Origin: Cetorhinus maximus
Lineage: Eukaryota
Direction: 5' to 3'
DNA length: 64,000 nucleotides
Assembly: GCF_964194155.1 (NCBI RefSeq)
Contig: NC_135888.1
Span: 8,742,001-8,806,000, forward strand
This document shows positions 52,675 to 64,000 of this stretch, one piece after another. Position numbers and translations under genes: made by a program. The notes under the pieces are model-generated. The model was given only the letters and a program-made list of their open reading frames with translations. It was not told the origin of the DNA and made no database searches. How positions within the stretch are numbered: position 1 is the stretch's first letter; every line of letters begins with the position of its first letter.

Positions 52675-53199
52675 AAAAACAAAAAACTACTGCGGATGCT
52701 GGAAATCCAAAACAAAAACAGAATTACCTGGAAAAACTCAGCAGGTCTGGCAGCATCGGTGGAGAAGAAAAGAGTTGATGTTTCGAGTCCAATGACCCTT
52801 CAACAGAACTGAGTGTAGTTAGGAGAGGGGTGAAATATAAGCTGGTTTAAGGTGGGGGCGGGGGAGAGAAGTTGAGGGTGGGGTGGTTGTAGGAACAAGC
52901 AAGCAGTGATAGGAGCAGAGAATCAAAAGATGTCACAGACAAAAGGATCAAAGAGGTGTTGAAGGTGGTGATATTATCTAAGAAAAGTGCTAATTAAGAA
53001 TGGATGGCAGGACACTCAAGGTACAGCTCTAGTGGGGGTGGGGTGGAGTGGAAAGACTGACAAGGTATTAGTTGTAGATTTAAAAATAATGGAAATAGGT
53101 GGGAAAAGAAAAATCTATATAAATTATTGAAAAAAACAAAAGGGAGGGGGAAGAAACGGGGTGGGGATGGGGGGAGGGAGTTTAAGATCTAAAGTTGAT
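52675..53199 (-). mobile_element. Penelope-like terminal-repeat insertion with 15-bp TSD and hammerhead-like motif
   Basis: CTGAATCTGGTTTGT at 52660-52674 and 53200-53214; motif at 52810-52773. Confidence 0.9.
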
Positions 53200-56100
53200 C
53201 TGAATCTGGTTTGTGCCTGCCGACTGTGGCCTTGGGTGGGTTCTGTGGCACATTGCCAATATTGCACCCATTTGATTTCTGATGTGGAACTATATCCCAT
53301 GGGGTTACATTTTTTTCAAATTCTTACATTTAATATTTCTTTTAATTTGAACAGTTAGTTAAGCAAGTCTAGTGCCAGTTTATAATAAACGCTATGTGCT
53401 GATGATGATTGTTGTGATTTAGCCATTCTATATTGTAAAACGATTGCATGCCCTAATTACTCATTAAACATTATTAACCTATGATGCCAATAGCTCCTTC
53501 TTTAAGTGTGTTGTACTATTGTATTTATGTTACAACAAAGTAAGAAGCAATTATGACTAATATGAAATTATCTAAATGTTAAACTTTTATTTGTATTGAT
53601 CTAATGGCTCACAAATTTTCATCTTCTGATAACAACTGCAGTAGCCATGTTTCACATTCACAAATGCAATGCTGTGTGGATTAGGGCATTTTATCAGTGT
53701 GTTCTTCCAAGAATGTTAAAAATAGTGAATTGAACCACAGGCTGGTGCCTTATAATGGAAACACAGTTATTGTGGAAATTTCTCTAATTTGTAAATGCAA
53801 GTATTATTTTATCGGAGATAAACCACAGAGCCAGGAAAATTCAACCCAAAAATACTGAATTGAGGTACTTTTCTCTGAAACCTTGCAAAGGCCTCATTAG
53901 GGGCTTGTTGATCTAGTGTTTAATATGCAGATTAAATAGAGCCATTAAATATAGTTTAAAGAGATTTATGTGCAGACATTTAATTTTTTTTGAAGATTTT
54001 TTAATAGGCCCATTTACTCTAGCAGTATTAATGATTACTTAATCCATATTGAACTCACAAAGTGTGATAATTTTCTTGTGTGAATGGTGCAAGCCTGCTC
54101 AGGGGCATTCTTCTCTTAGTACCAGACTTTAGAAATGGACTTAATTAAATGAATGCAGGCTTAATTGTTTTCCTACTTTAGCTTACCTTTTACTCAACAG
54201 AGCAGATACAATAATATAAATAATTTTCGTTAACACCAGAATGATGGACTATTAGAATTGTTCAAAGATATTTGAGTTGTCATCCAGTGTATATATTGTT
54301 AAGTAAAATGAACAAGGAATGCTTTTTGTTTAAAATCTGTACAAAAAATGAGCTTGTTGAACAGTGCTTTGCATATTTATGGACCAAGATAAGCAAGTTT
54401 GATTTTAACTTGAATTAGCATCGTATACAATAGGATGGTTTATCACAAGGGAAAGCTCTATAGGATTTGTAATTACAACAGTTGGAATATGAATTTGATT
54501 TAAAATGCATGCAATAACATTCAGTAGCCATACAATGAAGCACAGCACATTCGGGGTAATAATGCTGCTTTTGCATTGTTTTGGTGCACTACCTGTGAAA
54601 GTTTGTTTTATTTGGATTTGAAAATGGGGTCACTGTAGCTCAATGTAGTCTTTTTGTTCATAGGTACAGTTGTTGCTTGTAAATGTTGAAGTACCTTTCC
54701 ATTGCATAGCATATAGATTGAAGATTTTTGTTCAGTTAAAGTGCAATTATATTTTGTGGAAATGTGTTTAAAGTGAAAAATGCACTCATATTATCAACTG
54801 CAAGAATGTTAATGCACTTAGTGCATATCAATGCACTTAGCTATTTAGTCAAATTGTTAGAAGACTGGGAGTTCTGCTTGGAATCTAGATGAGAATACTG
54901 ATCATAATAAATGCTGGCTGAATATGTAACTGGAGCCAGTTGATTGTCTGGCCTCCATGTGACCTGAAGTATTTTGGTATGGGACAAGTGGTAGGGCAGT
55001 CCTATTTCTGTTGGCATTTAAATTTTTTTTTTCAAGATTAAAAACTTTGTTTTTTTTAAAAATATTTTCTGCAGAAGTATTACACATCTCTAAACTGATT
55101 TAGCTTGTCAGTAAAATAACATTAGTCAGGGCATTTATACAAGTTCGGTGACATCAACTGAATATTAAAATCTGACTTGAGGTAAAGGTATCCCCACTCT
55201 CAATTCAAGATAGCTTCTGTCAGAATGTTGTGATGTCATGTAAGAGGAGAACACACCGAACCAATTAATTTTGTGGACAAAAAGTGAATGGTATAAATAA
55301 TGCGTATGTACCTATGTATAATGTGTAGGATGTATATGTTAGTCTTGGACTTTTATATTTGCTAAACTGTTTTCCACAGAACTTCAGAATTAGCCTAAAT
55401 CCCTATAAACCATGTTGTGAGTTTTAAAGCATTTTCTTGTGGGAGAATGTTCTTGGTATTTTGAAACTCTTACCCCAACCCGTATACATTCAACACACTA
55501 TATTGCTAAAATCAATGCGCTGTTCATTCTGGTCTACTAATATTTATGATTGAGTAATTTTAAGGTACTGTGTTTGCTACTTACCTTTATATTCCTTACT
55601 CTGTTGTAGACAATACCATTAAGGTGCTCTCCTTTTTTCAGCAAAATCGAGGACCTTTTTTTTAATTATTATTCTATCAGCACATTTAAAAATACAATGG
55701 AAAAAATGAAAACACAGTTTGGCGAGACTTGCAGAAAGAAATTTGGGCTCTTGAGAATTGGAACACTGCTGCTTGATAATTGTGCCTCTTGTTATAAGCC
55801 TGTAATTAACAAAATCGCAGAGTTAGGCTTTGTCACTTCATTTCCTTTCATCAGAATGAGTATAATAATGAACAAAGTTCCCTTGTTTCATATGCTAAGC
55901 TCTTGCTCTTAAACCCATATGAGTTCATAGGCTTCTATAATTGCTAAATTGGTTTGTTAGAGCAAGATAATAGAGAATTTCTTCTCTTTATAATTGGACA
56001 CTTCTTCCCTGTAGGCTAATGTATGCACATCTCTTGCATACTCAATAAGTTGCGCATTTGAAAGCCATAACTAGCTAATAACTGCTACAGTGTCATCAGA

Positions 56101-59100
56101 GAGTAATGGTATGCTGATTAGCATAATTAATGACAAATGGCATTGCAGAAATGGTGGATTGGTTTAGTGGATGATGAATGTGTCAATGCCTAGGTTGGAA
56201 CCTGCCAAGTTGGCCTAGCTGGCTGTCAGCCCTTATGTTATTTCACTGGTAGATCTCATTAGTCACCATGTGAGATGCCAGTTTTTATTCGTTGGTGTCT
56301 TGAACACTGAGAACTTAATAATGTGAACAAAGATGGCTTCCCAGTCTCTGGAATTAAATCTTACATTAGCATTTTTTTTCTGCTTCATCAATTTTTTATC
56401 CACTTTATCTCTCAAATAATTTACTAGGATTCATCGAGCATTTAATGCAAAGAATAGTAAAACAGCAGTGTTAAAACAAGAGCATTTAACTTAGTTACTT
56501 TGAGCGCATATATAGGGCAGTGAATATTTTGCTAAACACTTTTTACAAAACTACCTATTATTATCAGTTAAAGGGGCAAGCCCTATTATTTTCCAGTAAA
56601 ATTCCTTTATGATGTAAAGTTCCATGATGAAACTGGACTATAGTTCCACATAGACAATAGCCTTGGTTCAATTTTAAATATGAGATTTGCTAATGCAGTT
56701 GCAAAATAGCATTGCAGTTCAATCTGACCAGGACACAAATGTAATGCTGGTTGTTTCGTAGCTCACATCAATCACGAGGTGTACATTTTGTATGAGGTCA
56801 CATCTGTTGTCGTTATAGTGATGGACCAGTGCCATGACAGCTTTTCAGAGATTACTTATCTTTAGTAAAATGAGCCTAAGATCAATATTACTCTCCCAAT
56901 GCCGTCCAGGAACAGTTTAGGCACAGATCACCGCAGGTTTGCTGTACCTGGGCCACAACCTTGGTGCCCAATCTTTCTGTTGGGCTGGTTTGAAATAACA
57001 TGTGTACACTGAGCACACTTGGCATACTTTGCTAGGGCACTGTAGGGGAATTCCAGTTGCTGCCTGTGGCTGAAGTGTAGCAGCAACCTTAAAGGGGCAG
57101 GTCATGTGGAAGCCTCATGAGAAAACCTGAATAACTTGAGAATTTGACAGGCACAGGGAGCAGTAGTTTCATGTGGACAGCTGCTGATGACTAATGGAAA
57201 TTTTAAAAACCTATTTGTGCCTGCTGGAAACTGTGATTTGAATGTCGGTGGTCTTCACGTTTATTTAAAGGATGCTGTCCCCGTGAATGGTTTTGTGTTG
57301 CTGGGCCATGGCTTGTGATTGTAGCAGCAGATTGGACACCCTACATTCTGACTTGGAATAAGCTAGTAAGAGGGTAGTTGTACAGTGTACTGGAGAAGCT
57401 GGGAAAACCAGTGTGGTTATAAAGAATGATGGTGTAGGAGGAGAGAGGTAGTAGAATGGGGCAGATGTCTGGCCAGGGGAAGGTGAAGCTCTTGCCTTTT
57501 TGATGGGGCAGTAGGTTAACCCTATCTCTTGAGAAGGTCAGTCAAATTTCTTCTGATGAGATGGCTTATGAATGTCTGCACTTAAATAAGCCATAGCTAT
57601 ATCATAGAATTGTGAGTGATACAGAATTAACTGCAGCTCCCATCACTGTGTAAAATATTGATGGAGCAAAATAATACTCTTCTTCAAAATCTACCCCCTC
57701 GCACATAAATAGATATCTTGCTTGGAAAAATCAGCCTGACTGTTGAGGCAGCACCAAAGCAGTAGCACCAGGTTTTTTGAGACCAACATGCTAATTTACT
57801 GCACCCATGTTTTGGAGGAAATTTTAGTGTGGAGGTCACTGACGTTTATTTGCATGAAATTTCCATTGCTGCAGGTATCAAAATCCATAGAGAAAGTTCA
57901 TGTACAGTGTTTTTCCTGAAGCAAAAGGGGAGCAAAGAATTAGCACTCTTCTCCCCAGGTTTCACCCATTTTTCAGGCTCCGGGAAGGAAGGCAGAGGGA
58001 AATCAGGTCTAATATTGGAATAGAACTATTATTAAATGAGTTAATTCTGACTGTTCCGGAGCAAAAAGCTGACAGCGATTTGATGTAGACTTCCAGGTTG
58101 ATTTTCCCTGCAAGCAACATTTTTTTGTTGAAATTCGCAAAAGTTGCCTGAAGATGGTAACTTAAACCTACTTTGGGAGTTTAGCCTTTCAATGCATTGT
58201 GAGAAGGCCAACAGAAGTCTGCTGACATGCAGAGAGTATAATGCACCTTTGGTGACTCTATTCCAATTTTAAGAAAGCAGCAATTTAGCTTGGTGATTAT
58301 TAAATTTTTTTTCCCAACATGATCCCACTCAATTTAGCACTATACTGTGTGTTGCTTTATGTTCAGTGTGCCTTTTGGTCATCTTGTTGCTGTTTCTATT
58401 CTATTGGATTGGTAAACTTCAACTGTTGCATGAATGACTAAACGGAAAGTGTCATTAGTAATATATTTGAAGTGACAGCTGGATAACTGAACAAAGAACT
58501 TGTTGTGTGGGAAATAAATATAAATTGAGTCCTGATCAGGTAAACAGAACTTATAAACAAACCCACAGAAGCTATGCTTTAGGCGTGAAAAGTTCATGTG
58601 GGAATAGGGTATTGATGCACTGTGTGCGCTGCAGGTTAAAACAAACTTCAGGTATCATGTGGCCGCCCCTGTTGATGTGATAACGACTAACATTATGTTT
58701 GAGAGTTGGGAAGCAGAGGAATAGAAGTGGCATGCAGACATTTCAATTATAAAAAGATAGTAATGCATTGGAAGGAAGCGTAATAATGACTCTCTGCATT
58801 TGAAACACAAAATCCTACGAGACTGATGTTGCCTACTCTCTTCACAGATGATTTGAGCAAGGGTAAAGAACAACATTCAAAGAGCAGAATTAAATGGGAA
58901 TATGCATCATTGTTGGGGGGCGGAGGAGGAGGAGGGGAACAGGGTAAAATGAAAGGGCAATGGTTTTTAAAAAACTGCAAAAACCTTGAGGTGCTGGTGG
59001 CTCAAATCTGAAAATTGAGAAGACAAAAGAGGAGATTGATCTATGCGACTTGTTCTTAGACCAAGTTAGTGACTGGCTGAATTTTGAAGGTCACAGAGTT

Positions 59101-59768
59101 GGAAAGAAAAAGTGGTAGAATAATTTTGCAAAAAGAAAGGCGAATTTTAAATCAATTAACCTATTGTAATGATCTGGAAGGGAACACTCAAATGGCATTG
59201 AAGAAAGAATTATCTGAATCAGGCAGTCATTACTCAGTTGAAAGATAGAAAAATTCTCTTTTTAAAAAATTATAGTTTTCAAATGGAGCTAGTAATTACT
59301 ATTTTGCAACATCCTTGAAGAAGTCAGTGAAGTTTAATTGGAATTTTGACAAAAAGATCATAATTATTAATTCAGACTGATAAAATTTTGAAATAAGTCT
59401 GGAATAAAAGTGAAGTCAGCATACTATGTGGAATTGTGTATAACAGAGTTGTCCTTCACAATGAAGCTGGAAAACTGTCTAACTAGACTTTTGAACTTTA
59501 CTGATGTACTTAGCACCAAAGCTTTTGAATTATTGACAGTAAGACCCGAAGTGGAGTTAAGAAATGAAAACTTATTCCCTGCAATATTTTGTTGCTACAT
59601 CATTTATGGCAGCTGTTAACTTGTGAAATATTTTAGTGGTTGTTCTAAATGTTTCTGTGTGTATTTAAGACACCAGAAAGCCTTGTTCTTTGCCATTTGA
59701 GTTCGGTCTATCTCCGACGATTGACTATTTTGGGTGAATTGCTGACATTTGGTCCAGTATCAAAATAT

Positions 59769-59899
59769 TTCTGTTGAGGAGTCATACGGACTCGAAACGT
59801 TAACTGTGTTCCTCTCCGCAGATGCTGCCAGACCTGCTGAGTTTTTCCGGATATTTTTATTTTTGTTTTGGATTTCCAGCATCCGCAGATTTTTGCTTT
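59769..59899 (+). mobile_element. Short Penelope-like terminal-repeat insertion with up to 16-bp TSD, starting at the hammerhead-like motif
   Basis: TATCAAAATATTTCTG at 59758-59773 and 59900-59915; CTGTTGA-G-GAGTC atacg GACTC-GAAA-CGTT-AACT. Confidence 0.9.
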
Positions 59900-60339
59900 T
59901 ATCAAAATATTTCTGCCTGGAGTTGCTCTTTTGTGAAATTAAGCTTCTAGTCATTTGAGCTTTTTTTGTACTTTAGGCAAGTCTTAATTGGATTGTAGTT
60001 TTTTTTATATGATAGCTGCCATCAGTGAAGTGATAGTAAGATGCTCCAAAAAATATATTTTTCTCAATCTATAACTTAACATGGTTGGTTGGGCTGCTCT
60101 TTGATATTGAATGGAAAATTGAACAGACGGTTATATGCAATTAGTGTATTATGGCACTGAACTGATATTCTTGCAAGACTTCTGAGCAGAATTGTTTTTT
60201 CAATCATTTCATTGTTCAAGATAATAAGGAGAAAAATGTAAGATTCAATTTTGGAAAACCTAAAATAAAACTTATGGGGGGGAAAGGGAAGTGCCATTGT
60301 AGCTACACTTAGGCTGAAAAAGAACCCTAACGTATATCA

Positions 60340-61780
60340 TGCACTATTCATGGCATTCTTTGACCTCACAAAGACCTTCGACTGTATAAACCACGGGGGA
60401 CTGTGGAGCGTTCTCCCCAAATTTGGCTGCTTGCAGAAATTCATTGCCATCCTCCACCTGCTGCACAATGACATGCAAACTGTGATCCTTACCAACGGAT
60501 CCTCACCAAATTGGGACCCTTACCAAACTGTGATCCTTACCAAACTGTGATCCTTACCAATTGAGCCACAGACTCAATACGAGTGTAAACTGGGGTCAAG
60601 CAAGGCTGTGTCATTGCACCAACGCTCTTCCATCTTCCTCACCGCAACACTCCACCGCATCTCCAAGAAGCTCCCTGCTGGAGTGGAGCTACCCTACAGG
60701 ATGAGCGGGAAATTATTCAAACTACGACACCTCCATTCCAGAAACAAGATCACATCAACTCCTGTCATCAAACTGCGGTATGCTGATGACGCTTGCGTAT
60801 GCACACGCTCAGAGGCCGAACTCCAAACTATTGTCAGCATTCACTGAGGCGTATGAAATAATGGGTCTTGGGCTAAACATCCATAGGACAAAGGTCCTCT
60901 ACCAGCCTGCTTCTGCTGCACAATGCTGCCCCCCAACTATCAAGATCCACGGCGAACCATTGGACAACATTGACAATTTCTCATACCTTGGGAGTCTCCT
61001 CTCAATGAGAGCAGACATCGGTAATGACACTCAGCATAGCCTCCAGTGTGCCAACACAGCCTTCGGCCATCTGAGGAAAAGAGTGTTTGATGACAAAGAC
61101 CTCAAACCAGGCGTGAAGCTCATGGTCTACAGGGTTGCAGTGCTAACTGCTGTCCTGTATGCAACAGAGACATGAACAACGTACAGCAGACACCTTAACT
61201 CCCTGGAGAAATATCACCAGCAATGCTTCCGCAAAATCCTGCAAATTCAGTGGCAGGATCGATGCTCCAATATCAGTTTCCCCTCCCAGGCCAACATCCC
61301 CAGTATCAAGGCACTAGTTATGGTTAATCAGCTGCATTGGGTAGGCCACATCGTCTGCACGTCTGACACATGACTCCAAAAACAAGCTGTCTACTCCGAG
61401 CTTCGTCACGGCAAACGGTTACCAGGAAGGCAGGGGGAATGTTTTAGGAACGTCCTCAAAGCCTCGCTGAAAAATCCCCACTGATTTGTGGGAATCTCGA
61501 GTTCGGCTACCCAAACTGGGGAAGAAGCTTCCACGAAGGTGCCAACCATTTTGAACGTCTCTGACAGACCCAGGCGGAGGGCAAGCACAAACAGCAGAAG
61601 GAGCATACCAAAATCCACCCATCCTCCTCATCAAACACTACATGCCCCACCTGCAGCAGAGTGTGCGGATCCAGCATTGGACTTTTTAGTCACCTCAGGA
61701 CCCACAACCCCGGAGTGGAAGAAAGTTATCCTCAGTCCCAAGAGACTGCTTGAGAAGAAGATGATGATGATGATGATGAT
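60340..61780 (+). mobile_element. 5'-truncated RTE (BovB/RTE-1-like) LINE with (GAT)n tail
   Basis: FFDLTKTFDCIN, GVKQGCVIAPTLF, LRYADD, FSYLGSLLS, terminal CPTCSRVC...GLFSHLRTH; ends gaagaagatgatgatgat. Confidence 0.93.
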
Positions 61781-62270
61781 TCTAATTTAATAAATGTTGT
61801 GGTTAAGAAAAATAATGATGAGGGTATTGGCACTCCGTTCTTGAAATGTAAATCAAACAGCAACTTCCAGTGATTGCACGTGTGTAGTTAGATACGAAAG
61901 TTAGGAAGTTGCTGTTTGAATTGCCCTGCCCTACCAGAAGCTTTGCTGTCTTTTTGGGGCACTCAATGTAAGGTGTGGAGTTCCTGTACTTATGTGATGG
62001 TTACCCATGAAACACACCAGGAAAAGTTTGGGCTTGTTGAGTGCAGTGTAACTAAATTTTTAATGGCATGATAATTGCTGCCAAACAACCTGGCACTGAA
62101 ATTAACTTTTACAATCATGGAGCCTCATTTACTCAAATTTTATTTTTTTGGAGATTTTTTTAACTTTAGATTTAAACTTATTTTTTTCTTTCTGCCTCTT
62201 TTATCTATTTCTCGTAATCTCATTTGCTTTCCCTCTTTATTTTGCTTTCTATTAGTTATTTAGCATTGAA

Positions 62271-62840
62271 TTTGAACATACTGGGGTTCTGGAGTGTACT
62301 GCACAGGCAATTGTATGCACAGTCATTTGGATTAAAGCAGACTCTCCAGCAAATACAGAAGAATCTCAGATTTTTAATACGATCTGCAATAGGGCCTCCA
62401 ACCCCATAGCATTGAATTAACTTTTCTTAGTTAGATTTCCTGGTTCAAGCTTCGTGTGCCACAGTTAAAGATTCTTCAATCTGACAAGAGCAGGAGATAC
62501 GCAGTTGCTTGCCCTGGTTAACACATCACCTGTAGAGATTTCCTAATCACAGTAAGTCTGGTCCAAAACTCCCCAGCAAGCCTTTGGGCAAGTGTAGGTG
62601 TACTGAATAGTGCCACCACAAAATCTGAGCCAACATGTTTATTTTGAACACAATGCATGAATTCACGAGACAAGTAATTTGGTCTTTGCAATTGAGATTG
62701 GAGGCCCTGTTGCAGATTGCATTAAAAATCATAGATCCTTTTGTGTTTGCTGAAGAGCCTGCTTTAATCTAAATGACTGTTCATACAGTTGCCTGTGCAG
62801 TACACTCCAGAACAAGTGCTTCTCTCCCAGTATGTTCAAA
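62271..62840. repeat. Diverged inverted repeat, arms about 130-145 bp, spacer about 290 bp
   Basis: tttgaacatactggg..gttctggagtgtactgcacaggcaa...agggcctccaa versus ttggaggccct...ttgcctgtgcagtacactccagaac..cccagtatgttcaaa. Confidence 0.9.
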
Positions 62841-64000
62841 ACCAAAGGGCTATATAATCTTTCTGTTGATAAGATACAATATTATGTTCAATTTCCATCT
62901 GAATGTTTTGAACATGAATGCTGATTTAAGTGCGTGACTAAATGGCAAAGTGAGCTGATATGCCATCCAGCAACTGCAGATTTCAGTAACCAAAATGATC
63001 CAAATTTTAAGGATGTGTATTTAGAGACATTTAAATAATCTTCAAAAAGGCAGTATTTAAGCAAGTCATGCCTAGATTTGAATTACGTAGAAATTCTTTA
63101 AAACTCATTTTGCTCATGGGGACTGCACTTTTCCACTTTCAAGTGCAGGGCTGAAGTGCAACATGAATTATGTTTTTCCTTTGGTGTTTTTTGAATTGAT
63201 TGCACAGTATTGTGCTGGTTAGTTGTACATGATCATCCCTGTACAAAAGATACATGTCCACAGCACCATATTATTATCATAAGGAGCAGAAGTCATTAAA
63301 CTAATCTGAAAATAGAAGCTTCCTATCATCAGTTCTCATACCACGGGTCACAAGCTTCAGCAACACCAAAATTTTTCCTGTCAGGATAGGGGGCAATTTT
63401 TATTCCCTCTCATTAGACAATTTGACTAATGACTAGCTTTGGCTGTGGAGCTATTCAGGGACCACGGACTTCCGTAAGGCACTTGGAACAGTGTATAAAG
63501 ACGGCCTCAGTTGGAATGGCACAGATGGCAAGCCCAAACGACAAAATAAACTACAATATGTCTTGGAGCTGCTGTCAGGCCAGAGCTTATTTGTCATGTC
63601 ACAGCAATCTATTGGGTTGGGGAGCAGCAGCTCCTCTCCTGGGCCTTGAAAACTTCTACACACAGCATTGTGCTCCAGGTCCAACGAGTAGCAGTGAGGG
63701 AAAAAAAAAATAAACTGGCTCTTTGATATGGTTTTAGCTAATTAGCCCTTGTAATTTCAAGGGGCTTAATTTTTATATGCAAGGTGGCAGGATGCAGTAC
63801 ATAAACTAATTTCAATTTGGGACTCCTAGAGCTATTAAACAAGCAGCGTTGTTGATGCTAAGTAAACTGCCTGTTAATATATTTTTGTGTTTAGAAGGTT
63901 CCAATCAATAAGCTCAATTGTTTATTTTTAGATTACTGAAGTGATGCCTTTTTTAAAAAAGTTTAATTCAATTGCTGCTGATTGCAGTAGGATTAGACTC

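Noticed and set aside
57180-57210. CTGATGA...GAAA hammerhead candidate
   Set aside because: No helix I or II complementarity; chance match. The CTGATGA at about 51145 and 60783 are simply RT ADD codons.
40314-64000. Next MVB12B exon (AMDGVPF-like)
   Set aside because: Searched by eye and not found; most likely beyond the window in a long intron, so not evidence of gene truncation.

Overview
Eukaryotic, not microbial: AT-rich, CpG-poor vertebrate genomic DNA, and the repeat set (CR1, L2, RTE, Penelope, Deu-domain SINEs) points to a cartilaginous fish, probably a shark (inference). The whole window lies inside one + strand gene that I recognise as MVB12B (FAM125B, ESCRT-I subunit). Four internal coding exons (1287-1383, 1977-2106, 8690-8818, 40216-40313) splice in frame through GT-AG introns; the flanking exons lie outside the window. 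The rest is intron: decayed LINEs, SINEs and MITEs, plus repeat-free, homeodomain-site-rich blocks that look like conserved non-coding elements. Almost all ORFs in the supplied track are noise or TE remnants. Most notable: (i) minimal hammerhead-ribozyme motifs in Penelope terminal repeats, where the two best-preserved, TSD-flanked copies share a non-canonical CUGUUGA core, plus a second, inverted-pair hammerhead family; (ii) a 376-bp near-perfect palindrome with template-switch-like junctions; (iii) a TRIM-like mini LTR element; (iv) a CpG-retaining intronic block that is a candidate for the NRON-orthologous region. All alignments were done by eye; repeat boundaries are approximate.
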